NCBI GenBank assembly: GCA_965225855.1
Contig: CBDDCK010000005.1
Location: 1,632,001-1,696,000 of the forward strand
Source of the DNA: Spirochaetia bacterium
GTDB taxonomy: Bacteria; Spirochaetota; Spirochaetia; SP-2023
Direction of reading: 5' to 3'
DNA length: 64,000 nt
How positions within the stretch are numbered: the stretch's first letter is position 1; every line of letters begins with the position of its first letter. Of the stretch, positions 1-8,619 are shown piece by piece. The notes beneath the pieces were generated by a model, which had not been told where the DNA came from, ran no database searches, and saw nothing but the letters and a program-made list of their open reading frames with translations. Made by a program: the position numbers and the translations under genes.

Positions 1-1
1 G

Positions 2-697
2 GAACAAAATCAGGGGAATGCTGCGCTGGAATACCCCTATATTGGTTTGCTTGTTTCGGGCGGACACACGATAATTTGCGTAGTGCAATCGTACAATCAT
101 GTGGAGACATTGGGGGCTAGTATCGATGATGCTTGTGGTGAAGCATTCGACAAAGTGGCTAAGTATTATGGCCTTGGCTACCCTGGCGGTGCGGTTATTG
201 ACCGCATGGCAAAAGATGGTGATAGCAGTGCCTATGTGTTCCCACAACCGAAATTAAAGAATAGTCCTCTAGGGCTAGATGTTTCGTTTTCAGGGTTAAA
301 AACAGCAGCAATCTGGCAGCACCGGAAATTCTTACAGCAGGGCAAATTCGACAGTTTGAAAAACTTATTAGCCTCTTATCAGAAAGCTATTGTGGACATG
401 TTGCTCGATCGTGTCGCCTGTGCTGTGAAATTGACGGGGATACGCCGTGTGGCTATTGGTGGTGGGGTTGCTGCCAATAGTTACTTGCGTAGCCAGTTGG
501 CAATATTGAGTGAACATGGTTGCTGGCAAGTTTACTGCCCTAGCTTAAAATACTGTACCGACAATGCAGTGATGATTGCAGCTATTGCCCATGAGTATGC
601 TAAGGACAATAACTTTGCTTCTTTCGATTGTTCGGTTTTTTCCCGTATCCATAACTTCCGCTCGTTGCCTCTAAACAATAGAGTTAGTTTAAAATAA
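2..697 (+). CDS. tsaD: tRNA N6-adenosine threonylcarbamoyltransferase TsaD (5' end outside window)
   Basis: LLVSGGHT, DDACGEAFDKVAK, GYPGG, SFSGLKTA, GGVAAN and CTDNAVMIA motifs; frame is open from the window start. Confidence 0.95.
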   Translation, partial: EQNQGNAALEYPYIGLLVSGGHTIICVVQSYNHVETLGASIDDACGEAFDKVAKYYGLGYPGGAVIDRMAKDGDSSAYVFPQPKLKNSPLGLDVSFSGLKTAAIWQHRKFLQQGKFDSLKNLLASYQKAIVDMLLDRVACAVKLTGIRRVAIGGGVAANSYLRSQLAILSEHGCWQVYCPSLKYCTDNAVMIAAIAHEYAKDNNFASFDCSVFSRIHNFRSLPLNNRVSLK

Positions 698-710
698 ATG
701 GAGCTAGTTC

Positions 711-2012
711 TTGTTATTTTCTAGTTACACTCCTAATATATTGATAAAACCTACGAATCGCGCAAACAGTATAGTGTGTTATAGTGATTGGGTACAAGTT
801 ATGACCTTATTCATAGGAATGGCTTTGTTTTCGCTATTTTCATTAGTTTCACAGGAGCCATTTCTTGAAGAATCCGAAGATAGTTTCGTTCAAGATTCTC
901 TTGAAGAAGAGCTCATAGAGGAAAATATAGTGGAAGGAACGCAGACCACGCTGTGGTATCGTTCCAACCAACTAGGCATGGCTTTGGAATTGTTAGAAAA
1001 CCCGCGCGATATGGCTAGTCAAGAATGGGGCCTAGAGCTAGAGTCGGGGCCCCAGCAACGCTTAAAGACACTGTATTATTGGGGCAAACGGCGCGACACT
1101 TGGCTATTAATTTATCGCAACGGTAAGCCATTTCAAGAGCAGCATAAGCGTTATGGCAAATTATTGGAAAATCGTTTGTTTGATGAAGTGAGCGCAACCC
1201 TCTCCGAAATTAGTCGTTATTCGGCGGTAACTGGAGTATTGGAAAAGCGGGAATTGTTTTTTTACAATCAACGTGGCGATTTAATCCGCAGTATGCTCTA
1301 CGATGAGGATAACCAGCTAACGCGTGAAAATATCTACCGTTTAGATAGTAAAGGCCGTTTAATCAAATTGAAAGTACAAAGGTATGATAGGAAATATGAC
1401 TTGGTGCAATATCAATTGGAAGGGGTAGACACTTTTATCAAGACAGGTGGGGATCAGGATAAATATCAAGTTAATTTGTTTGACGAACAGAGGCGCAATA
1501 CCAGCCAGATACTGTATTTAGATAATGTGGTTGCCAAGCGCAGCCGCTTTGAATACACCGTTGATGGTACATTAAAAAGAAGTGTTGTTACTGAGCCTCA
1601 ACAACTTACTACACAGTATGATTATAACGATAGCGGTTTATTGATACAGAAGCAGGTATGGCAAAAAGGTATCTTAACAGAGAAAGAAAACTATAGTTAT
1701 AATGGTTCGAGACGTTTGCTCTCTAAGAAAAAAACGATAGGCCGCAATTCTACCGAAGAGCGTTTTAGTTACCAAGGTGCAAGCCCAGACTTGGAAAAGA
1801 TCGAATTTTATCGCGATGGAGAAATTGAAAAAATACGTTTTTATAGCGGTTTATATACGTATTATGAAGAGTTGTATCTTGACGGTGAGTCCGTAGCCAA
1901 AATTTACTATGATTATAATGACCAACTTTACACAGAAGTAACTGTTGAAAACATACCCAGCCCTGAAATTTTTGATGAGGCATTGCTTCCTAGCTCCTCG
2001 GCAAGGGAATAG
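711..2012 (+). CDS. Exported hypothetical protein with YD/MORN-like beta repeats
   Basis: Hydrophobic segment (MTLFIGMALFSLFSLVSQ, real start probably near 801-819), acidic stretch, then recurring Y-D/N-x-x-G motifs (YNQRGDL, YDEDNQL, YDYNDSGLL). Confidence 0.55.
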   Translation: MLFSSYTPNILIKPTNRANSIVCYSDWVQVMTLFIGMALFSLFSLVSQEPFLEESEDSFVQDSLEEELIEENIVEGTQTTLWYRSNQLGMALELLENPRDMASQEWGLELESGPQQRLKTLYYWGKRRDTWLLIYRNGKPFQEQHKRYGKLLENRLFDEVSATLSEISRYSAVTGVLEKRELFFYNQRGDLIRSMLYDEDNQLTRENIYRLDSKGRLIKLKVQRYDRKYDLVQYQLEGVDTFIKTGGDQDKYQVNLFDEQRRNTSQILYLDNVVAKRSRFEYTVDGTLKRSVVTEPQQLTTQYDYNDSGLLIQKQVWQKGILTEKENYSYNGSRRLLSKKKTIGRNSTEERFSYQGASPDLEKIEFYRDGEIEKIRFYSGLYTYYEELYLDGESVAKIYYDYNDQLYTEVTVENIPSPEIFDEALLPSSSARE

Positions 2013-2059
2013 GGCAAATGGTGTTAAAGGTTGTTTGAAAAGTAGATAGGATAATACAC

Positions 2060-3337
2060 ATGAAAATAAATTCCAAGCTTAGGGTCTTTCAGTGGCATTG
2101 GCTGTTTTGGTTAGCATGGAAATATTTACAGGGGCGCAGCAAAGTCCATGCTGGTTCTTCATTATGGCTAGCCGTGTTAGGTATTATGATAGGTGTGGCC
2201 ACATTGATTGCGGTACTTACCGGTATGAGTGGCCTACAAAGTTTATTGACTGACTCTATTGATGAGGTTACAGCCTACCATTTGCAAGTGCTTGTGGATA
2301 ATAAAGAAGATAGTTTGGTATTGAGTGAGCGGTTAAAAAAGCAGCGTTCGGTGGTCAATGTAACACGCTATCGTGAAGCTCCTATGTTGTTGAATACCGA
2401 ATACGGTGAGCCAGTGGTAGTAGTCGTGCGGGCGGTTGAAGTGGGCCATTTTATGGCCGATCAACATCGCAATGCGGTGATGCAAACAATGGGGCCCGTG
2501 CTGCCCAACGATTTGGAAAAAGCAGGGCGTCTGTGGATGGGATATACATTTTTGTATGAACATGGTTTTGCCGAAGGGGATAGTCTCCAAGTTATCAGTG
2601 CGGAAAATGTAGCGGGGAAAATCGAAGTGAAGGAGCACAATTTCCTGGTCAGTGCCAGCTATCGCTTAGGTAATCCGAGTATTGAGAAAAATTATGTTTT
2701 CATTGGTTTACTTGAAGAAACAGAATCTTTATTTTATGGCAATGAGTATTATCTGGGGTTGAAGCTGAAACGCCAAAGCCTAGCAGCAACTGTGAAACTT
2801 GAAATTTTGCAGTTGTTAGAAGCGATGAAAATTGCAGGTGAAATTGGAAATTATCAGTTACGCACCGGGCGGGAGGCAAATCGCGCATTTTTTAACGCTT
2901 TGCGTACAGAAAAATCTTTTTTACAACTATTGGTCAGTTTGATTTTTATTGTGGTGGCCTTCCAAATTTTTCAATCTACTCGTCGTACAGTATATGCGCG
3001 GATTCCTGAATTGATGTTATTGCGAGCATTAGGGGCTGGTCCTATGGCAATGCGCAGCATTTTTTTACTGGAAAGCTTTGTTGTTGGGTTATTAGGGGTA
3101 GGGCTGGGAACCATTTGTGGTTTTATCATTAGTTATTATATGAATGAAATTTTATTGTCGATCAGTCATTTGTTATTCCAATTGCCAGGTTTGATGCCCA
3201 GTATTGCAACCCATATTTCTTGGCAAGATTTATTGGTGGTAGCTGGCTCTGCATTAGTGTTTAGCAGTGCTGCTGGTTGGTTAGCTTCCCGTAAATTGCT
3301 TGATATCAGTCCCGCAGAGGTCTTGCAAAATGAGTGA
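2060..3337 (+). CDS. lolC: Lipoprotein-releasing ABC permease, LolC/E (FtsX/MacB) family
   Basis: LGIMIGVATLIAVLTGMSG N-terminal TM; LLRALGA...IFLLES FtsX-type C-terminus; adjacent to lolD. Confidence 0.8.
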   Translation: MKINSKLRVFQWHWLFWLAWKYLQGRSKVHAGSSLWLAVLGIMIGVATLIAVLTGMSGLQSLLTDSIDEVTAYHLQVLVDNKEDSLVLSERLKKQRSVVNVTRYREAPMLLNTEYGEPVVVVVRAVEVGHFMADQHRNAVMQTMGPVLPNDLEKAGRLWMGYTFLYEHGFAEGDSLQVISAENVAGKIEVKEHNFLVSASYRLGNPSIEKNYVFIGLLEETESLFYGNEYYLGLKLKRQSLAATVKLEILQLLEAMKIAGEIGNYQLRTGREANRAFFNALRTEKSFLQLLVSLIFIVVAFQIFQSTRRTVYARIPELMLLRALGAGPMAMRSIFLLESFVVGLLGVGLGTICGFIISYYMNEILLSISHLLFQLPGLMPSIATHISWQDLLVVAGSALVFSSAAGWLASRKLLDISPAEVLQNE

Positions 3338-4061
3338 TGAAATGCAGGATAATTTTTTGATTGAATTGAAAGCCATCTCAAAATCTTACATTTCTGGTTC
3401 AGAAGTCATTCAAGTATTGAAAGATGTTAATTTATGCATACCACGCGCAGTTTCTTTGGCGTTACTGGGCAAAAGTGGCAGTGGGAAAAGTACGTTCTTA
3501 AATTTACTGGGCGGTTTGGATTATGCTGATTCAGGGGAAATTTATTGTGCTGGGGAAAATTTGAGTAAATGTAGTGAAGCTCAATTGATGGCATATCGCC
3601 AGAAATTTGTGGGTTTTATTTTCCAGCACCATTATATGCTAAAAGATTTAACAGCTTTAGAAAACGTAATTTTACCTGCAAGGATTGCTGGTAAGTCGCG
3701 CAGTAAAAGCCTAAAGCGGGGGGGCGAATTGTTGGAGGCTGTGGGCTTGAGTGAGCGTAAAACCTATTTACCACACATGCTTTCCGGTGGAGAAAGGCAG
3801 CGTGTTGCTGTGGTGCGCGCTTTAATGAATGAGCCCAAATTTGTGTTAGCTGATGAGCCAACGGGCAGCCTCGATCAAGAAAATGCCCACATCGTTGCAG
3901 ATTTATTATTCTCTTTGTGTAGGGAATTTGATACGACCATGGTGCTTGTAACCCATGATCCTAATTTAAGCGTGCTGGCTGATTTACGCTATTGTTTGGA
4001 AAATATGAGCTTTTTATTGCAATCGGATCGAGATCAAACATTTTTTGAGAGCAATTTGTGA
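3330..4061 (+). CDS. lolD: Lipoprotein-releasing ABC ATPase LolD
   Basis: GKSGSGKST Walker [33 protein letters not shown] at 3330 overlaps the end of the upstream gene. Confidence 0.9.
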   Translation: MSDEMQDNFLIELKAISKSYISGSEVIQVLKDVNLCIPRAVSLALLGKSGSGKSTFLNLLGGLDYADSGEIYCAGENLSKCSEAQLMAYRQKFVGFIFQHHYMLKDLTALENVILPARIAGKSRSKSLKRGGELLEAVGLSERKTYLPHMLSGGERQRVAVVRALMNEPKFVLADEPTGSLDQENAHIVADLLFSLCREFDTTMVLVTHDPNLSVLADLRYCLENMSFLLQSDRDQTFFESNL

Positions 4062-5332
4062 GTTTAAGTTTTGAGCTGGCTTGTGCCATTTTGCTACGCA
4101 AGAAACGCCATAAGTTTAAAGATTCGCCTCTATTTTCAGCATTTATAGGTATTACTTTAAGTATTGTTCCTTTGGTTTTGGTTCTCGAAGTTTCAGACGG
4201 TATGATTTCAGGCATTATGAACCGTTACATTGAAACTTTTTATTCACACGTTATGTTGCGTTTTTATCGTGAACCAAGTGAATTAGATAACTTTAAAAAA
4301 AGGATTCGAGAAATACCCAATGCTCAAACTGTCTATTTTGAGCGTAATGGGGCGGCATTACTGATTGTAGGTAAATCACGTGTGGCAGTGCAAGTGCGCT
4401 CGTTGGAAAAGGCTGCTTTTGAGCAAGACCAAGGTTTGCGTAAATATTTGGATGTGAATTCAGGAAAAATAGCATTGTCGCCAGGCTCGATATTGTTGGC
4501 TAGTGATGTTGCTTTTAAATTACAAGTGCAAGTAGGTGATGAAGTTGCCTTGCTGACTGGTGCTCAATTTGGCAAGCAATTGCGCCCCCGAACGGAAAAA
4601 TTTTTGGTGCGAGGTATTGTTGGTACAGGTTACCAAGAATTGGATCGTTTGTGGGTTTTTATTCCTTATCAAGATGCTCAATCCTTTTTTCACTATACCA
4701 ATAGCCAATTGCTGTTACATATTAAGACCGATGATGCATTTCATTTTGAGCAGCTTAAAGAAGTAAGCCATCAAGTGCAAAAAATAATTAGTCCTGGTTT
4801 AGCGCAGGTTCGTAGTTGGTATAGTCAAGCTTCAGAATTACAGCAATCCTACCAATTTACCAAATCTATTTTGGTTTACATTATGTATTTAATCGTTGCA
4901 GTGGGAACGATTAATATTGCATCTTCAATGGTTATGTTAGTTTTAGAAAATAGTTCAGAAATTGCTATAATGAAAACTTTTGGTGCGGGCAAAGCCTTAA
5001 TTCTCAATATATATATATGGGTGGCTATTTTGGTCAGTTGCCTAGCTGTTTTTTGTGGTATTGTTGCAGGTTTTTTAATTTGTTATTTTATCAATGAAAT
5101 TATTGCAGGAATCAATGTTTTACTTCATATGGTTTTATACCGTTCTAGTCAAAACCTAGATTTACTGGATAAATCGTATTATCTTGAGCATATACCTATT
5201 CAAATTGAAATTTTGCCGATTGTTATAATGGTAGCAATTGTTTTGTTGTTTACTTTTTTCTGTTCTATGATTCCAGCTTTAAAAGCTGCTAAAATGTATC
5301 CATTGGATATTTTACAGAAAAATCGATCTTGA
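4058..5332 (+). CDS. lolE: Lipoprotein-releasing ABC permease LolE-like
   Basis: GITLSIVPLVLVLEVSDGMI TM; EIAIMKTFGA; YYLEHIPI; IPALKAAK end. Confidence 0.8.
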   Translation: MSLSFELACAILLRKKRHKFKDSPLFSAFIGITLSIVPLVLVLEVSDGMISGIMNRYIETFYSHVMLRFYREPSELDNFKKRIREIPNAQTVYFERNGAALLIVGKSRVAVQVRSLEKAAFEQDQGLRKYLDVNSGKIALSPGSILLASDVAFKLQVQVGDEVALLTGAQFGKQLRPRTEKFLVRGIVGTGYQELDRLWVFIPYQDAQSFFHYTNSQLLLHIKTDDAFHFEQLKEVSHQVQKIISPGLAQVRSWYSQASELQQSYQFTKSILVYIMYLIVAVGTINIASSMVMLVLENSSEIAIMKTFGAGKALILNIYIWVAILVSCLAVFCGIVAGFLICYFINEIIAGINVLLHMVLYRSSQNLDLLDKSYYLEHIPIQIEILPIVIMVAIVLLFTFFCSMIPALKAAKMYPLDILQKNRS

Positions 5333-5471
5333 AATTAGAATCTGAATTTTTATAATGGAAAACATTTTTGTTTGTTACAATATTAGAAAATATTGCAGTT
5401 GAGTCTTGCAAAACTTTTTGATGCCACTTGCATAATTAGATATTATCATTATTATAGTCGAAAAATAAAAG

Positions 5472-6536
5472 GTGGGGCAGGAAGCTAATTTTATGACGGA
5501 TAAAAAAATTAGTCTGGTTTTTCAACGATTGTTTAAAAACAAATTTTTAGCAATATTTACGTGGCTAAACCAAACCGTAACATTGATATTAATTCCTAGT
5601 TCGCATAGTAACTCTATTGTATTAAAATTTAGGCCTTTGTGGATGATCTTATTTTTGGTTATAGTTGTTGCTGTGGGGGGAAGTAGTGCGGTAATTTTAT
5701 CGAATAGTGCCAAAGCGAAATTAGTTACAGCGTCTTTATCTGGCAAACTTGATGATAGCCGTAAAGCATTGAATGATGTTCATAATCAAGTAGAAAGTAT
5801 GGTTCAGCTTATGGATCGTTTTCAAAATACGATTTCTCTATTTGATTCTACCTCAAAGGGAGGTATTCCAAGCACTAATCACAATATGCAGGACTTTACT
5901 GATATAACCGCAGCTGTTGGTCTAGTTGGCTCTGGCAATATGAATGATGTTGAGCGTCTGCGGTTGTTAAATTCTTCTATTGAAAATTCTATTTCTCCCT
6001 TGAAGGAATCTTTTAATCTCTTGGTAAATCAGCAGCGTTTACTCAGTGAATTGCCGACAATGTGGCCTGTCAAAAAACCTAGTCAAGCTCGTGTTTCTTT
6101 TTTGTTCGGCCCAAATTTTGATCCTATTAGTCGTCGTGTTCGTTGGTATTTGCATCGTGGTTTAGATATTGCTGGAAATCCTGGTACAGCTTTAGTTGCA
6201 TCTGCGGGTGGTAAAGTTGTCGAAGTCGATTATAGTCCTACTGGTTATGGTAATTATGTATTGATAAAACATAAATATGGTATTTATACTCTTTATGCGC
6301 ACCAACAGCAAGTTTTTGTCCGTGTAGGTGATATAGTTTCTCAAGGGGATACGATCGGTTTAATGGGGGCTACAGGCCGTGTTACAGGGCCACATGTTCA
6401 CTTTGAAGTTCGTATCGGTTCTCAAATTATTGACCCTATTGTTTATTTGCGTATGTCTGACATCAATCGCAGAGAAATTAACAATTTCCTTGGCAATAAT
6501 CAAAGAAGAGTAAGTCTTTTACATGGAATTTATTAG
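5472..6536 (+). CDS. M23 family metallopeptidase (membrane anchored, coiled coil)
   Basis: HRGLD and GPHVHFEVR zinc motifs, GYGNYVLIKH. Confidence 0.92.
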   Translation: MGQEANFMTDKKISLVFQRLFKNKFLAIFTWLNQTVTLILIPSSHSNSIVLKFRPLWMILFLVIVVAVGGSSAVILSNSAKAKLVTASLSGKLDDSRKALNDVHNQVESMVQLMDRFQNTISLFDSTSKGGIPSTNHNMQDFTDITAAVGLVGSGNMNDVERLRLLNSSIENSISPLKESFNLLVNQQRLLSELPTMWPVKKPSQARVSFLFGPNFDPISRRVRWYLHRGLDIAGNPGTALVASAGGKVVEVDYSPTGYGNYVLIKHKYGIYTLYAHQQQVFVRVGDIVSQGDTIGLMGATGRVTGPHVHFEVRIGSQIIDPIVYLRMSDINRREINNFLGNNQRRVSLLHGIY

Positions 6537-7082
6537 ATGTCTGATTTAGAGAATCAGTATCGCAATCGATATAGTTCTGCCAGTGTTTCTGTTATCGGTG
6601 AGGGTACTGTCTATCGAGGGGATATTGAGTTTGAAGGCGTCTTACATGTCAACGGAGATTTTTATGGTAATATTAATGGAAATGGTGATTTAGGTATTGG
6701 TCTCACAGGTCGGGTTCGTTCTGTGATTCGTGCCAGTAATGTTATTATTAGTGGTTTGGTATTTGGGAATATTTTTGCCTTGGGGCGCGTGGCCATTAAA
6801 TCTTCTGCTATTGTTGTTGGTAATATACACGCAATAACTCTTGTTGTTGAGGAAGGTTCTATTCTACATGGCAAATTAGAAATTATGGCTCATGAACAAC
6901 ACAGTAAAATAGCCAAGCCGGGTTTATTTTCTTATCGCAAAGCAGAGAACAGCAATGGTTCTATAGAAGAGAAGCCAGCAGAGATAAAAGAAGAAGAGGC
7001 AACGGATGTATTCCCAGATGATGACCTTTCCAAAAAAGATCATCATTCATCTCGTAAAGGTAAATATTCTGTTTGGAATTAA
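6537..7082 (+). CDS. Bactofilin (polymer-forming cytoskeletal protein, CcmA-like)
   Basis: SVIGEGTVYRGDIEFEGVLHVNGDFYGNI beta-helix repeats; abuts the M23 gene. Confidence 0.9.
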   Translation: MSDLENQYRNRYSSASVSVIGEGTVYRGDIEFEGVLHVNGDFYGNINGNGDLGIGLTGRVRSVIRASNVIISGLVFGNIFALGRVAIKSSAIVVGNIHAITLVVEEGSILHGKLEIMAHEQHSKIAKPGLFSYRKAENSNGSIEEKPAEIKEEEATDVFPDDDLSKKDHHSSRKGKYSVWN

Positions 7083-7156
7083 TTTCTTCTATTGCAAGAA
7101 TATTTTACAGACATGATTTATCTTGTTTGCTTTAATCATATATTAAACTTTGGATA

Positions 7157-7645
7157 ATGATGGCGATGGCTGCAAAACTACATAAGTTTGATCCTAATTT
7201 ATCCAGTGGATGGTTGCTTCATGCGCGCGATAAAAGAAAAGAAAAGACTAGAAATGTTTCCACCAGTCCGTTTATTGAATTATTAGACCAAGAATCAATA
7301 GTTGATTTTGATGAACAACAAAATTTATTAAAAGATTATTTAGAAAAAATTAAGCAAACAGGCTGGAAATTACAAAAGACGCCTACTTATAGTGTTTTAC
7401 GTGAATACAAACGGTTGATCCAAGGCTTTCTGCAACAAAGTTTAAAAGGGCTTTATCAGCTTGAAGAGGAAGTCGGACGTTTGAATTATAGTACTGGGCA
7501 ACGAAAAAAATATTCGCTTATCAAGGTAATTGATGAAAAGCTTGGTGAATTAATTCAGGCTGTTTTAACAGAACAAAACGCTAATTTACTGCTCTTACAG
7601 AGGATTGAAGAAATAAATGGGTTGTTAATTAATTTATTATCATAA
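7157..7645 (+). CDS. YaaR/DUF327 family protein
   Basis: LREYKRLIQGFL...IDEKLGELIQAVL...IEEINGLLINLL pattern. Confidence 0.8.
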   Translation: MMAMAAKLHKFDPNLSSGWLLHARDKRKEKTRNVSTSPFIELLDQESIVDFDEQQNLLKDYLEKIKQTGWKLQKTPTYSVLREYKRLIQGFLQQSLKGLYQLEEEVGRLNYSTGQRKKYSLIKVIDEKLGELIQAVLTEQNANLLLLQRIEEINGLLINLLS

Positions 7646-8018
7646 AAGTTATTTTTAACTTGTTTTAGAAAATTCTGTTGCCAATTTTTTAGGTATAGAG
7701 TACTTTTTCCATATCACTACCTTACAGGAACGTTGCTATATTGGTAAACCTAACCTATTTAAGATAACTTAGCGTAACACTTTCAGTTAAATATTTGTTC
7801 ATTTAGCCCCCACCCCAACACCAAACCAATAACTGCCCTCACCAAAACCAAAGCAATAAGCTAAAAACACTGTATGGTCAAAATTCTTTGCGTGAAGAGC
7901 CCCGACTAAATAACCAGAAGAGCCGCAAGGTAAAGGCCAAAGGGCTTCAGATAAAAAAAGCAGATTCACAAATTGGGGCATCGACTTATCATTATCTAAT
8001 TAAAGTAGCCAGCCCCCT

Positions 8019-8142
8019 CTAACTATAGAATTACCTCCCACCTATTAATAGAATTGACCCAAATCTAACTATAGAATTACCTCCCACTTATTGATAGAAT
8101 TGACCTAAATCTATCCATAGATTTACCTCCCACCTATTGATA
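8019..8142. repeat. 46-bp tandem array (about 2.7 units), each unit made of two related 23-mers
   Basis: Units start at 8019, 8065 and 8111: ctaactatagaattacctcccac-ctattaatagaattgacccaaat; both halves begin CTA-NNNN-TAGAATT. Confidence 0.9.
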
Positions 8143-8171
8143 CCCTAGTCTTTAATGAAATTTTCTACATC

Positions 8172-8352
8172 GGCACATAATCCAGGACCTATACAACAAT
8201 CATCGGCAATCGTTGCCCAAATTCTGAACGCCCCTGAAAGAATAATATCCCGTTTTCATTTTCATTAAATGTTTCACCTTTTGGAGATTGCCCCATAGTG
8301 TAATTAAGGTGTAATCAAGTATTTTATTCAATTCTACACTTTGCCACCCCCC
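8172..8352 (-). pseudogene. hsdS: Type I restriction-modification specificity subunit (HsdS) TRD remnant
   Basis: Joining frames gives GWQSVELNKILDYT/MGQSPKGETFNENENGILFFQGRSEFGQRLP...ADDCCIGPGLCA; frameshifted by an 11-bp duplication, with an internal deletion. Confidence 0.75.
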
Positions 8353-8395
8353 AAAGGCCAAACAAAGGCCAAACAAAGGCCAAACAAAGGCTAAA
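8352..8395. repeat. 11-bp tandem repeat CAAAGGCCAAA, about 4 copies
   Basis: caaaggccaaa caaaggccaaa caaaggccaaa caaaggctaaa. Confidence 0.85.
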
Positions 8396-8519
8396 CCAAC
8401 ACCCTCAAGCCTTTTGATTGGCATGGATTTTTAACTACCTTACAACACTAATGACCTAACAAAAACACAAAAAAAGTACCCCAAACATAAAAAAAGCACA
8501 AAAAAACTTATAAAAAGCT

Positions 8520-8619
8520 TGTATAGGCCTTGACGCAACACCCCCCCTAGCAAAATGGGGATTTACACACTAGCCCGTATGGGTTGGCTAATCTTTATCC
8601 ATTGTTGGAGGTATTGCTT
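8520..8619 (+). promoter_or_regulatory. Conserved promoter/leader of lipoprotein paralog 1 (TTGACG-caaca-C7-tag-CAAAAT, hairpins, GGAGG RBS)
   Basis: Near-identical to 47337-47435 (minus strand) and 61975-62072. Confidence 0.6.

Noticed and set aside
7799..8021. Short ORFs on both strands between yaaR and the array
   Set aside because: No start/RBS support or recognisable family; could be another decayed fragment but I cannot support that.
8200..8424. 74-aa ORF from the ORF track
   Set aside because: A chimera of the 11-bp repeat and out-of-frame hsdS remnant sequence, not a real gene.
8540..8600. c-di-GMP-I or other known riboswitch in the lipoprotein leader (GCAAAA loop)
   Set aside because: The two-stem GEMM consensus is not recognisable; retained only as an unassigned structured leader.
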